Positions 1-13,134 of a stretch of DNA of 64,000 bases are shown piece after piece. Each line of letters starts with the position of its first letter. Position 1 is the stretch's first letter. This stretch comes from Paraspadella gotoi (Eukaryota; Animalia; Chaetognatha), in the NCBI GenBank assembly GCA_051294375.1, contig JBJCIZ010000239.1, positions 4,010,402 to 4,074,401 of the forward strand, read 5' to 3'. The position numbers and the translations under genes were made by a program. The notes beneath the pieces are model-generated. The model was not told where the DNA came from, searched no databases, and saw nothing but the letters and a program-made list of their open reading frames with translations.

Positions 1-110
1 CTCTCTCTCTGTTCTCTCTCTATACGCTCTATTTAGCCTGGAGGTTGTCTGGAAATTTTCTTGTTCAGGCGGCGACATCAAAAGACAAAAGTGTAATTGT
101 ATTCACTTTT

Positions 111-146
<36 letters not shown>

Positions 147-872
147 AGAGAGAGAGAGAGAGACGAGCAGAGAGAGGAGAGGAGAGAATAATGGAGGTTA
201 ACGAAACGGGAACCTGTCTAGTGTTTTCTCTGTTCTGTTTTGTCTCTTTTTTCTTTCCTCGTTCGGTGACAGAGTTCATTTTAATTCGAAGCGATTCTAT
301 TTTTTTTTTGTAAGGTTGTTTCTTCTGTTGAATAACAATAACAACGACGATAACATATCAACAACAAAAAAGACAATATCTTAAATTAGAAAGTTGTGTC
401 TTTGATATCTTTCTGTCTTTCTTTCATTCCTTCTTTCCTTCCCTCTCTTTTATTTCTTTCATTTCTTCTTTCTTTCTTTCCTTCCTTTATATATCCTCCT
501 TTACTTTCTCATTCTCTATTTTTCTCTGTTTTATACATGTGTCTTCTCTCACTTATCGTCCTCCCACTTCACCCATCCTCCATTTACGTTGCGGATAAGT
601 TCCTCACTCTCATTTGCATATTGTAGTAATCAAAATATTTCCCATATCTCCTTATTTCCTTCTCCCAAAAGTTTTTTTTTATGTTATCCAGGGATCACTT
701 ATAACAACCATTTAGCCCAATATAGTAAAACCAGTAAACTTTCAATTTTTTCATAATAAGCTTAAAAAATGATTAAGTTGTTTAAAAACAATATTCAGAA
801 GCGACTCTCCCTTTTCTCACTATCAACAACCCTCTATTCGCCCTTCAATCGACGCCACCCATTCGAACTTAC

Positions 873-962
873 CCTCAAGTATCTCATCCCGTCGAACGCC
901 TCCTTGGGGACTCTTGGGATTTCGTTGAAGGATAGATCGAGTTCGTCGAGGTGAAGAAGACC
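873..962 (-). CDS. LRR protein exon
   Basis: cctccgcag|GGT CTT...TTG AGG|gtaagt, 90 nt, reading GLLHLDELDLSFNEIPRVPKEAFDGMRYLR (typical LxxLxLxxNxIxxVxxxAFxG repeat). The three exons join in frame with exact 24-aa periodicity. No further exon was found below 873, so the gene presumably continues beyond the window. Confidence 0.92.
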
Positions 963-1380
963 CTGCGGAGGAAGTATTGTTTGGGGAGGTGTCGTGTTTA
1001 GATTTCAGGTCTGTTTTCATTCAAAGTTTTTTTTAATGAAGTTACTGAAATAAATGTTCTCATGCAGGGGCAAGATATAGTATGAATGAATGGATGATCT
1101 TTATATAATAACAGTCAGCTCCTTTCAGTATAGTATTCCCCGATATAATACTTATAGCTATTCTTTTTACATTTCTTGAACTATATGCAACTTCATTGAC
1201 AGGGAAGCCAGGTTACTATAAGACTGTAATAGAGTCTTGTTTGAAACCTTAAGGGGTCCTGTTAAGTCATATCTCGTAAGAATGATGAAGGACTGTCCAA
1301 AGTCAGAGGTAAGTTAGCTAATTTATTATAATTTTATATTGCTTTAACCATTTCAATATTAAATGTCGTTTTTTTTTTAC

Positions 1381-1453
1381 CTTTAAAGGCGCCGATGAGA
1401 CGTTTCGTATTTTGTTGTGGGAGAGATACAGATTTTGTAAGAGGGGGAGAGAC
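1381..1453 (-). CDS. LRR protein exon (one 24-aa LRR)
   Basis: tccacag|G TCT CTC...TTA AAG|gtaaaa, 73 nt. The first base completes Arg from the previous exon, then SLPLLQNLYLSHNKIRNVSSAPLK. Confidence 0.9.
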
Positions 1454-1499
1454 CTGTGGATGGGAGCGGAGAGAGAGAGAGAAGAGAGAGAGAGAGAGG

Positions 1500-1568
<69 letters not shown>

Positions 1569-1677
1569 CAGAGAGAGAGAGAGAGAGGGGAGGAGAAGGG
1601 GCGGAGGAAACAGAAAGAATGTATAGGGTCATTGCCGTAGAGGACAACGACGCTGCGGACGACGACGACGACAATAT

Positions 1678-1713
<36 letters not shown>

Positions 1714-3141
1714 GTCTCCTCTCTCTCTCTCGTCTCATCTCCCTCTCTCTCTCTCTCTCTCTCTCCGTCTTCTATCTTTCTCTTTCCTCCTCTTTTCCTC
1801 GATCCCCAGCAGATCTTGGCGGGGATGACTCCAGAGCCGACAAGTCTCTGAGGCTCGAAGTCTCTCTGGGCCGACGTCCGGGGTTTTGATCGTCTCTTTT
1901 CCGTCCTGGGGCCGAAACAGCTCGGGGTTTTGATACGGTCTCTTTTCCGCAGCGGACTTTGTCCTTTCGAAATTAGCTTATGGATTTCGAGGCAAATAGT
2001 AATTTGCATTCTTTTGTTTAATTTTTCTTTATGAAGTATGGAACTTATGTTGGATTCTTTTTTTCCGGTTGTGTATCGATTGAGGTAAATTTGAATTAAA
2101 TCTACAATTCGTTTAGTATTAGAAAAAACATACTAGAAAAAATCTTGGTCAAAATGANNNNNNNNNNNNNNNNNNNNNNNNNNNNNNNNNNNNNNNNNNN
2201 NNNNNNNNNNNNNNNNNNNNNNNNNNNNNNNNNNNNNNNNNNNNNNNNNNNNNNNNNNNNNNNNNNNNNNNNNNNNNNNNNNNNNNNNNNNNNNNNNNNN
2301 NNNNNNNNNNNNNNNNNNNNNNNNNNNNNNNNNNNNNNNNNNNNNNNNNNNNNNNNNNNNNNNNNNNNNNNNNNNNNNNNNNNNNNNNNNNNNNNNNNNN
2401 NNNNNNNNNNNNNNNNNNNNNNNNNNNNNNNNNNNNNNNNNNNNNNNNNNNNNNNNNNNNNNNNNNNNNNNNNNNNNNNNNNNNNNNNNNNNNNNNNNNN
2501 NNNNNNNNNNNNNNNNNNNNNNNNNNNNNNNNNNNNNNNNNNNNNNNNNNNNNNNNNNNNNNNNNNNNNNNNNNNNNNNNNNNNNNNNNNNNNNNNNNNN
2601 NNNNNNNNNNNNNNNNNNNNNNNNNNNNNNNNNNNNNNNNNNNNNNNNNNNNNNNNNNNNNNNNNNNNNNNNNNNNNNNNNNNNNNNNNNNNNNNNNNNN
2701 NNNNNNNNNNNNNNNNNNNNNNNNNNNNNNNNNNNNNNNNNNNNNNNNNNNNNNNNNNNNNNNNNNNNNNNNNNNNNNNNNNNNNNNNNNNNNNNNNNNN
2801 NNNNNNNNNNNNNNNNNNNNNNNNNNNNNNNNNNNNNNNNNNNNNNNNNNNNNNNNNNNNNNNNNNNNNNNNNNNNNNNNNNNNNNNNNNNNNNNNNNNN
2901 NNNNNNNNNNNNNNNNGTTAAAGGTTATAACTAAAATCTTAATCTTTATTGGTTCGCGTAGATTTAAAATAAACATACAGTTAAAATTATGTTATTATAA
3001 TAATACAATAATATCCGCGAGCGTTTTTTTGTAGTTGATTGTAACAAAACTTTAATTAGATTAATTTATTAGATCTTAAAAGAGTTGGGACTAAACTGAC
3101 TTTATGTCATATATAAATATATATATAAATTTTTCTTTTTT

Positions 3142-3172
<31 letters not shown>

Positions 3173-4441
3173 TTTTCTATCTTTCTATCTTTCTTTCTTT
3201 CCATCTTTCATTCTTTCCATCTCTCTTTCCTTCCATCCTTCTTTCCATCTTTCTTTCCATCCCCTCGACGACAACCTCGAATAACAAGGGATGATTTCAA
3301 GTCCATCAGTCTCTCATTAGCCTCAGACTCNNNNNNNNNNNNNNNNNNNNNNNNNNNNNNNNNNNNNNNNNNNNNNNNNNNNNNNNNNNNNNNNNNNNNN
3401 NNNNNNNNNNNNNNNNNNNNNNNNNNNNNNNNNNNNNNNNNNNNNNNNNNNNNNNNNNNNNNNNNNNNNNNNNNNNNNNNNNNNNNNNNNNNNNNNNNNN
3501 NNACACACACACGTTGAGCCTGGTCTGTCAATCGTCGTTTTTCCTTCTTTCTCCTCCTTCGACGGATTCGTCTCGGGGCGTGGATTACCGGCCCTTGTCG
3601 TCGTCGTTGTTGTTGTTGTTGTTGTAATCATTGTTATCCATCTCTGTCTGTTCTTTGTGGCCAACAATTATTCCGAATGCGTGGAAATCCCAGGAAAGAT
3701 ATAGAAAAACGGTGCAAGATGACTAGATTGACAAAAATGTAACAAAAAAAAAAGTTATAATTAAAAAAAAAAAAAACTTTGTTAATAACCAAAAATATTA
3801 TAAATTTTAAAATTATACAACCATTAAATGTTAAACATTAGCGACCTTTAATATAATTATAACTTTTTTATAAGTATTTGAGAGGAAGGGAGGTTTGTGT
3901 CGTCCTCTGGGTTAATAGAGGGATCGTGTATGCAACGCATGGTTATTAAACTCTCCGTCCGATGTTTCCAATTAGACATCATACATCATTCTTGTTTTAA
4001 CTAACCAATGAGGTGCTGTCGTTTTGAGCCNNNNNNNNNNNNNNNNNNNNNNNNNNNNNNNNNNNNNNNNNNNNNNNNNNNNNNNNNNNNNNNNNNNNNN
4101 NNNNNNNNNNNNNNNNNNNNNNNNNNNNNNNNNNNNNNNNNNNNNNNNNNNNNNNNNNNNNNNNNNNNNNNNNNNNNNNNNNNNNNNNNNNNNNNNNNNN
4201 NNNNNNNNNNNNNNNNNNNNNNNNNNNNNNNNNNNNNNNNNNNNNNNNNNNNNNNNNNNNNNNNNNNNNNNNNNNNNNNNNNNNNNNNNNNNNNNNNNNN
4301 NNNNNNNNNNNNNNNNNNNNNNNNNNNNNNNNNNNNNNNNNNNNNNNNNNTCTTGTTTTAACTAACCAATGAGGTGATGTCGTTTTGAGCCAGTTCTCTC
4401 TTGTCCCCTGAACGCTGCCAACGTCAGAAAAATGGCCGCTC

Positions 4442-4689
4442 GGCTCTCTTTTCCTTAGTCTTTGGACTTTAATATCTAACCAGAATCCCTAACCCAAACA
4501 CTTATTCTTTAACATTAACCCCTAACCTAAAACCTAAATTCCTAACTATAATCTCTAACCTTATCCCTAACCCTAAAGATTAACCTAAACCTTAACGCTA
4601 ACCCAAAGCTTAAACATAATATTTAAGCTTCATAATTAACATAGTTCTGAATTTATGATGAAATGGGACGTTTTGGGGAAAAAAGTTCT
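4442..4689. mobile_element. MITE of the same family (decayed)
   Basis: TAACCC-like core at about 4480-4620. The right end AAATGGGACGTTTTGGGGAAAAAAG resembles the family TIR. Boundaries are approximate. Confidence 0.45.
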
Positions 4690-4836
4690 TTTATTATTTG
4701 CAATCTCTCTCTCTCTCNNNNNNNNNNNNNNNNNNNNNNNNNNNNNNNNNNNNNNNNNNNNNNNNNNNNNNNNNNNNNNNNNNNNNNNNNNNNNNNNNNN
4801 NNNNNNNNNNNNNNNNNNNNNNNNNNNNNNNNNNNN

Positions 4837-4871
<35 letters not shown>

Positions 4872-5996
4872 TTCCCAATCATCGACTCGGCGAAGCCAAC
4901 AATCACTATTTTTTTTCTCTTTTTTTTCTTATATTTTTTTTTAATCATTTTTTCTTCGTTGTCTCTTTATTCTATTTTACTTGAGGGTTTTTTTAAGTAA
5001 TATCTTTTAATTTTTAAATAAAGTATTAGCTTGTTTCTTGACTTCGAATAGGCTATGATGGGTTAACGCTATTGATAAAAACTCCCTCAAGTTTATTTAC
5101 TTTCAGACTATGTTAACAATTATTTACTGTAGCCCTAAATAATATTCATTAATCTGGTTTGGTATAATCTAACTTTTTGTTATTATCATTATATAATATT
5201 ATATAATATCACTTGTATACTCAAGCTTTCTTTAAAAAGAGAAGACTAAGATTTTTCAACAAAAAAAATAGAGAGAGCGAGCGAGCGGTCAACAGAAAAT
5301 AAATAAAAAGAAAAAAAGGTTTAGGGCAGAGAAAGAGGGAGAGCGAGGCAATGGGAGGTGGAAGAGGGGCGGAAAAGGAAACGCCCTCTCGGCGCCAGAC
5401 GTGGGGTCGGGAAGGGAAGGGAATAAAGTGAGCAGGAATTGTGAAACGAAAATATAAAGAAAAGAAAATCACAGAGTTTAAAATCAGAATAACGAGGAAG
5501 GTCAATTTTGTATATTGCGCCGGGATGATCATGTACGTACTAAAAAATGTAAAATATTTCTGAGAGTAATGATTGTAATATATAATATAATTTATTAAGA
5601 AAAACGGAGGCTGAAAATAATAGTAGTATCTTGTTTCAGATAGATGCTCCTTTTTTTTAGAAGAGAACGCCCAATGAGGAATCAATATGTATAATTTTTA
5701 GTTTATATGATTTTAAGGATGAAAAAAAAATAATGTAAATAAAATTACTTATACTTACTAAATATTCTCAACAGTTTGAAAACAGAGGAAATCAAAACAT
5801 TCGTTCTTTGAGCAATAGAATTTCTTGGGAATTTAATTGGCGATTTTTATTCATTTTAACTAAAATCATTCACTAATACAATTGCTTATTAATTTGTGTC
5901 TTGTTTCATAAAGATTATTATATATCATTATTTTTCTACCATCTTTTTTTTAGTATTTGATCTTCCTTTCCTTTTTTCTTTCTTTCCTTTTATGTC

Positions 5997-6042
<46 letters not shown>

Positions 6043-6699
6043 ACCTCTTTCGACAACGTCGTCAATGGGTATGAGTAATGGAGGAGGAAAGGAAAGGGAG
6101 GAAAGGATGAGAATGGAGAGAAGGAGGAAAGGATGAGAAGGAGAGAAGGAATAATGGATGAGAAGAAGAGAAGGAGGAAAGGATGAGAAGGAGAGAAGGA
6201 GAAAGTGGAGAAAGGAAGGAAGATTAAGGAAGGAAGGAGAGGGAGAAAGGAGAGGAGGAGAAAGAGGAGAAGGAAGAGGTGAGAAAACAGAAGAAAGAAA
6301 ATATGAAGGAGGAAGAGAAAAAGGAAAAAGGAGAAAGAGTAGGAGGAGGATGAGGAGGAGGAGGAAGAGAAGAGGAAGAGAAAAAGAAAAAAAGGAGAGG
6401 AGGAAGAGGAGAAGAAGAAGAAGAAGAAGAAGAAGAAGAAGAGAGAGAGAGTAGAGAAAGAAGAGGAGTGGAGAGCAGGAGGAGGAAGAGTAAGAGGAAG
6501 AGGAGGTAGGAGGAAGGAGAAGATAGGACAGAGGAAAGTGGCGGTATGAATTCCCAAGGAAAGCCTGCTTAAGAACTTTCCTCTCGTAAAACGTGGGCGA
6601 CCGAGAGAGAAAAAAAAAAAAACCCGTCGAACCGCATAAAGTCGAACCGATAGGGGGGGTCATGGCCCGCACCAAAAAAAAGGGAAAGGGGCAGAGCGG

Positions 6700-7450
6700 A
6701 GATTGAAAAGGGAGCAGGGCCAATGAAAGATGGAAAAGGAGAAGGGGGCAGAGCTTCAATGAAAGATAAGGGGGCAGGGCCCTTATGACAAAGGGGCAGA
6801 GCAGAGAATGGAAAGAGTCGAAGTGCTAATTAAAAAGGGGCAGGGTGCCGATGAAAAAGGGGGCAGGATGCCGAAAAAAGGAAAAAAGGGCAGGGAACAG
6901 ATGAAAGATGATGGGGGGCAGGGCGCTAAAATAAATGGTCGGAGCCATCACAGATGAATCAAACTCAAGAAATTAAATAGGATCGGTGACTCGAGTAAAA
7001 TCCGCCGGAATAAGAATGGAACTCTCTCATTGGTCAAGACACAAATGGCACCGGCCAATAATCGGATGCGTTTCCATCCGCCGGTGATTTCTGATAAAAA
7101 AAGGGGCAAAGCGTCAAAGAAAGAGGAGGAAGGACTAGGAGCCTATGAAAAATTAGGGGACAAGGCGCCTATGAAAGATGAGGGAGGGAAGTGCGCCAGT
7201 GAAATATCATGGGCGCCGAATAAGGCGAAAGGGGCAGAGCACTTATTAAAGTGGAGGGGGGCATGACGCCGATGAAAGAGGAGGTGGGTGCAGTCTGGCT
7301 GTTCGTGGGTGGGTTAAGTGCCGAAAATCTTGGTGGGAGCAGAGTGCCGATAAAAAAGGGAGGTAGCGCGCTTTTGTAAAGACCGGTAGAGGGCCTATAA
7401 AATGACGGACAAGGAGCCAATTCAAAAGTACGAAGCGCCTTTGAAAGATC
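6700..7450 (+). repeat. Degenerate minisatellite (~20-25 bp, GGGGCAGGGCGCCGATGAAA)
   Basis: Recurrent ggggcag(a/g)gc...atgaaa units, interrupted at about 6940-7090. Confidence 0.6.
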
Positions 7451-7515
7451 AGATTTTTAAAAAGTTTTCAGCCGTGAAACTCGAAAGGGGGCGAAATAAA
7501 GAAACTTCAAAGTTT

Positions 7516-7849
7516 GGCACTATTTTTCGAAGGTGTTCTAGTTCAGTTTCGAATCGCTGAACTTGATTTAAATTTTGAAATTAAATAGAATTTTTTTTCT
7601 AAATAATTATTCCTTAACCCTAATCCCAAACCTAATACGAAATCCTCATACTTAATTCCAATCCTGAACAATATTCTCTAATCTTAAACTACAAACTCTA
7701 ACCAAAACTATAACCGAATTCATTACCTAATCCCTAATCTATTCTTTAACTTAATACCTATCCTTAACCCCTTACCTAATCTTCAAACCAAAGAACAAAC
7801 TTTAATCTTAAATTCAAGCTGAATAGGGGCGCTTTCGGAAAATATGACC
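7516..7849. mobile_element. MITE with GG-starting TIRs and degenerate (TAACCC)n core, Merlin-like
   Basis: Left end GGCACTATTTTTCGAAGG; right end reverse complement GGTCATATTTTCCGAAAGCG. Flanks CAAAGTTT and CCAAGTCT match at 6 of 8 bases (putative 8-bp TSD). Confidence 0.6.
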
Positions 7850-8189
7850 CCAAGTCTCATAGAAACGTTAAAAAAAAATCCTCAGTGCCACGAAAAAAAA
7901 ATCCACAGCGAATTTCGAAAGAGCACGAAAAAAAAAGAAAACGCGTCTAGAGACAGAGCGAAGGCGTGGCCAGTGGTCACTAGAGGCACGGATTCAAGGT
8001 TTGGCGAGAAAATCTCGACGGCAAAAGTTATTTTGGAGATTAGAATTATATATTATATCATATTATTTCATATTATATTATATTACATTACATTACATTA
8101 TTAAAACTACTTGTTTCACTATCTATAGTTTTTTAGATAAAATGTTTATTATTTTATTTGTTAATATAATACATTAGCAGGGACCAGCA

Positions 8190-8345
8190 ATGTCGTTATC
8201 TTGTAAGAGTGATGGAGAACTTAAACCAACAAAGCCTGTCCGAAGTCTGGGGCAATATGGTGTGGCTGCAACAACAACACGCGACCTCATCATATCAAGG
8301 ACTCTGGACGAACTCTCTGCCACAATGGTTGTACCAATTTTATAA
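8190..8345 (+). repeat. Dispersed repeat family (ATGTCATTATCTTGTAAGAGTG...TGGTTGTACCAATTT)
   Basis: Homologous copies at 28733-28861 and 57822-57925, with decayed ones at 1265-1330 and 58890-58950 (minus). Confidence 0.7.
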
Positions 8346-8906
8346 GCGCTTTAGTCTAATGATAAAATATTTTTGAATGGGGCTAGAATTTTTTTTTTTC
8401 GTTGTAGGGATGGAACCATCTCGATGGAACTTCGTAGTCTGACTACGAGAAATTCTTACGATCTGCGTTACCGTGACGCAGAGTCAATTTGTGGCGCGGA
8501 GATCTCCGTAACCTCGAGTGGCCCGTGGCGTGGCCCTGAGAGGTCAAAGAGGGCGCCAGAGGAAATGGGCGACGAGAGGGGAAAAAAAAGAGGGAATCAT
8601 AAAGTAAAGAGGAGGAGGAGGAGGAGGAGGAGGAAGGGGAGGAAGAGGAGGAGGAGGAGGAGGAGAAGAATAAAAAATGAGGTTTTAAAAATTAGAATAA
8701 AAAGAAAAGATATATTTAAAAGAAGAGTTTTTATTTAAGAAGGAGAGAAAGAAAATGCAGAGGTTAAAGGGTCAATAATATAATATAATATAATATAATA
8801 TAATATACTTCACAATATTTTACTACTTACAAGGAGTGGGAAAGGTTGAAAAAAAAAATTAAGGAAGAAAAATGAATGTAAAGAGAAAGAAAAGGAAAAG
8901 TGGAAG

Positions 8907-8990
8907 AGAAAAAAGAGGAGAACCGGAGAAAAAAAGAGGAGAACCGGAGAAAAAAAGAGGAGAACCGGAGAAAAAAAGAGGAGAACGGGA
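8907..8990 (+). repeat. 21-bp tandem repeat x4
   Basis: GAGAAAAAAAGAGGAGAACCG repeated. Confidence 0.9.
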
Positions 8991-9506
8991 GAAGGCGCCA
9001 AGTGTTTTTTTTACTGCTGCTTTTAATAATGATGACCACTTACGACGACGACGACGACGACGACGACTAAGAGAACTTAAAACTTCTCGGCTGAGAGAGA
9101 GAGAGAAAAAAAATTCTGATCCTAAAGATTGTTCGGTATTTTGTGTAATATAAACAAGAGCTTAACAAACTACACTATTTTAACTCTGAAAAATAATTAT
9201 TCATTGTCATTTTTTTTTTAAAGTTATTCTGTTATTCTGCTACACTAGATTCGCACGAGAGTACATCTGGCCAATTCATCGCCACCTGCTCCCATTGCAG
9301 ACCTCCGGAGGCGATTGCTACAATTTTGGGGTGAGTCCCATCTGGCATTGTCAACGGCTCCGAAGGGGGGGCGGATAAAAAAGGTTAAAAAAAAGCAGTA
9401 AAGCATAAAAAAAAGCGAATAGAGCAAAAAAACTATTCCCCTTTTTTTTGAATTATTTTTTTTTTTTAATATTTGAGATAACATTTTTTTTATTTATCTT
9501 TTCTGT

Positions 9507-9566
<60 letters not shown>

Positions 9567-9689
9567 CGTCACTCTCTCTCATCCTCTCTCTTCTCTTTCT
9601 TTTTTTTCTCGTCTCTCTGCCCCTCCCGACATTTCTTATCCGAAGCGTGCGGGTTTATGTTTTGTAGCGTAAAGCATAAAAATTTCGAC

Positions 9690-10025
9690 CCGTGACACTT
9701 TAACGTGACACTCGAACGTGACCCTTGAACGATACAATTGAGCACGACACTCGAACGTGACTCTCGAACATAAAACTTTAAATTTACTTTAACGTGACAC
9801 TTAAACGTGATACTTGAAAGTGACACTTAACCGTGTTACTTGAACGTGACATTAGAATGGTATCCCTTTAAGTGTACTTTAACGTGACACTATAACGTGA
9901 CACTTGAACGTAACGCCACCCCACCGTGAAGCAAAGCCGCCGTGTCACGCTAGTGGCGTATTACCTCGCGACTCGAACGTGACTCGAACGTGACGCGTGA
10001 GTGACACGTGAGTGACCACGCGTCC
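9690..10025 (+). repeat. Degenerate 13-bp minisatellite (CGTGACACTTGAA)
   Basis: Many aacgtgacact(t/c)g units. Confidence 0.85.
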
Positions 10026-10383
10026 GTGATACTCTTGTGACGAAATCTCAGGGTGAAGGGAAGAGGGTGAAGGGAGAAAAGCGCTTTTCACTTTTCATTC
10101 AAATTTGACCCCAAAAAAGGTTGACCTCGCTTGGCGATTTTTGACGTACATTACAAGCACACGCACGTACGCATTGACTCGTGCTCGTAAGCGGAGATAC
10201 ACAATTTTCGAGGTTCAACGATGGAAAATATAGCGGCGTTGCTTACCCCCCCCCCTTGGCCAATGGATACTTGGCCTCAAACAGCTCCCCACCTGAGGGC
10301 CACAAAACTTCTAAGGCCTCTCACAGGCCCGCCCTTTCCCGGCCAGGCCTAAAAAAGTCTAAAAGCCTAAAGCCTAAAAAAGT

Positions 10384-10601
10384 GGCGCTGTTTTCAAAAC
10401 GCGCCCTATTTTTTCTTAAATTTAAATTTAAAGATTAGGTTATTGGTGAGGGTCGGGATTAAAACTAATGGTTAGGATTAAGGATTAGATTATGGTCATG
10501 GAATAGGGATAATGAATGAATAATACATTCAGTAAAAAATTAAATCTTAGGTTTGAAATTAATTTAAGAAAAGAAATGGGCCGCTTTTGAAAAATAGTAC
10601 T
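10384..10601. mobile_element. MITE of the same family, (TTAGGG)-like core
   Basis: Left GGCGCTGTTTTCAAAACGCGCCCTATTT; right reverse complement AGTACTATTTTTCAAAAGCGGCCCATTT. Flanks AAAAAAGT and ACAAATGT match at 6 of 8 bases. Confidence 0.65.
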
Positions 10602-10728
10602 ACAAATGTTAGGTCTCTTGAGTTGTACATTTGTTGTTGTTGTAATTTTTCTCGCCTTTGACTCCTTAAAATCTACGAGCGTTCATTTGACTCGCGCATA
10701 GCAGAAAAAAATATCCATGGTCAATCTA

Positions 10729-10764
<36 letters not shown>

Positions 10765-12083
10765 NNNNNNNNNNNNNNNNNNNNNNNNNNNNNNNNNNNN
10801 NNNNNNNNNNNNNNNNNNNNNNNNNNNNNNNNNNNNNNNNNNNNNNNNNNNNNNNNNNNNNNNNNNNNNNNNNNNNNNNNNNNNNNNNNNNNNNNNNNNN
10901 NNNNNNNNNNNNNNNNNNNNNNNNNNNNNNNNNNNNNNNNNNNNNNNNNNNNNNNNNNNNNNNNNNNNNNNNNNNNNNNNNNNNNNNNNNNNNNNNNNNN
11001 NNNNNNNNNNNNNNNNNNNNNNNNNNNNNNNNNNNNNNNNNNNNNNNNNNNNNNNNNNNNNNNNNNNNNNNNNNNNNNNNNNNNNNNNNNNNNNNNNNNN
11101 NNNNNNNNNNNNNNNNNNNNNNNNNNNNNNNNNNNNNNNNNNNNNNNNNNNNNNNNNNNNNNNNNNNNNNNNNNNNNNNNNNNNNNNNNNNNNNNNNNNN
11201 NNNNNNNNNNNNNNNNNNNNNNNNNNNNNNNNNNNNNNNNNNNNNNNNNNNNNNNNNNNNNNNNNNNNNNNNNNNNNNNNNNNNNNNNNNNNNNNNNNNN
11301 NNNNNNNNNNNNNNNNNNNNNNNNNNNNNNNNNNNNNNNNNNNNNNNNNNNNNNNNNNNNNNNNNNNNNNNNNNNNNNNNNNNNNNNNNNNNNNNNNNNN
11401 NNNNNNNNNNNNNNNNNNNNNNNNNNNNNNNNNNNNNNNNNNNNNTCTGTTCATTTTTCTTTCCTCTATTTTTTTTCCTCCTCCCCTCCTTCTCTTCCTC
11501 CCTTTTTTCCCCTCCTCTTCTCCTCCTTTCCTTTTTCCCTTACTTTCCTTCCTCCTTTCTTCCCTTCTTTTTTTTCCTCCTCTTCCTTCCCCTCCTCCCT
11601 TTTTTTTCTCCCTCCCCTTTTTTTCCCTTCCTTCCCCCCTTCCTCCTTTTTCCTCCCTCCCTTCCTCCCTTCTTCCTGTCCTTTTTTCTTCCCTTTCCTC
11701 CTCCCTTCATCCTCTTCTTTCTTTTTTCTTTTTTTCCTCCTTCCTCCACTTTTTCCCTCTTTTTTCTCCTTATCTTCCTTCCCTCCTTCTATTCCTCCTC
11801 TTCCTCCCTCTCCTCCTCTTCTCTCCTTTCCTCCACCCCCTCTCTCCTTTCCTCCACCCCATCTCTCCTTTCCTCCACCCCTCTCTACTTTCCTCCACTC
11901 CCTTTCTACTTTCCTCCACCCCCTCTCTCTTTCCAAATTCTTGTCTCGTTCTCACGAGAAATCCTTTGGAGCCCTTGGACAAAATGGCTTTTCCCATGTT
12001 ACATTTACATAAACCTTTATATTGTACATAAATGTACATAATAAAAAGTATTTAGTTTTCTGTCATAACATATATAAATTTAT

Positions 12084-12352
12084 TTCTATTTTCTAAACGC
12101 GTCCGATTTCTGTTCTTCAAATTAACCCCAATATTTTATTATATGAAATTGGTACAACCAATATAATATATATTATTATTTCAAAACCCTTAGCCCTAAT
12201 CCTTAACGGTAATCCATAACTGCTATCCCTAACCCATAACCCTAAACCCTAACCCTCATCCTTAACCCATCCCTAATCTTTAACCAAATTTTAAAATTGA
12301 AAACTAAAATCTGAATTTTTAAATGAAATTTGGAACTTTACGAAAATAAGAC
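12084..12352. mobile_element. MITE of the same family (decayed)
   Basis: Left CTATTTTCTAAACGCGTCC, core of CCCTAA repeats at 12185-12285, right GGAACTTTACGAAAATAAGACC. Confidence 0.45.
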
Positions 12353-12433
12353 CCTAAAAAGTTGTGAGAAAGCTCACTTTACCAATTGACAGTGTCGGAA
12401 TCGCCTTGGACGAATCACAATTTCTAGTCAAGT

Positions 12434-12468
<35 letters not shown>

Positions 12469-12584
12469 NNNNNNNNNNNNNNNNNNNNNNNNNNNNNNNN
12501 NNNNNNNNNNNNNNNNNNNNNNNNNNNNNNNNNNNNNNNNNNNNNNNNNNNNNNNNNNNNNNNNNNNNNNNNNNNNNNNNNTAC

Positions 12585-12713
12585 CTAAATCCTTCAGCCA
12601 AGAGCTCCGTGAGATTGTTCCTGTTCAAGTAGAGAAGGATCGTATCCCGGTTGACTTGGCTCCTTCTGTCGGGCACACGGGCGAATCCCAGCCCTTCGCA
12701 GTCCGTATGCTTG
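12585..12713 (-). CDS. Extracellular LRR protein: LRRNT cap and first LRR (5' part lost in N gap)
   Basis: The reverse strand reads KHTDCEGLGFARVPDRRSQVNRDTILLYLNRNNLTELLAEGF(R), fitting the LRRNT pattern C....L..VP......T..L.L..N.L..L....F. It ends AG|gta in phase 2, compatible with the exon at 1453. Confidence 0.88.
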
Positions 12714-13098
12714 NNNNNNNNNNNNNNNNNNNNNNNNNNNNNNNNNNNNNNNNNNNNNNNNNNNNNNNNNNNNNNNNNNNNNNNNNNNNNNNNNNNNNNN
12801 NNNNNNNNNNNNNNNNNNNNNNNNNNNNNNNNNNNNNNNNNNNNNNNNNNNNNNNNNNNNNNNNNNNNNNNNNNNNNNNNNNNNNGAAGAAAAATTAAAA
12901 TTACTAAATCATTGAATGGTACATATATTAAATTTAAATTTGAATTGTTTAAATTATCTTAATCTTTTTGAACCAAGTTGTACATACAATTTTTTTAAGT
13001 TTTAATGTAAAACTTAAACTGCCATTGAGACCGCATTAGCCGAACCCATGACCATATTACGTAGTTTTTATTCATTAATTGCCTCATTTATTTATACT

Positions 13099-13134
<36 letters not shown>

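Noticed and set aside
5928-6759. 200-270 aa Leu/Ser/Phe- or Arg/Glu-rich ORFs (similar ones at 11.5, 51-52 and 63 kb)
   Set aside because: These are purine/pyrimidine low-complexity tracts that lack stop codons by composition.
10273-10301. GGCCTCA..CAG CTCCCCAC CTG AGGGCC, resembling HDV P1/P3
   Set aside because: There is no room for P2 and no GG or J4/2 elements; it is a simple hairpin.
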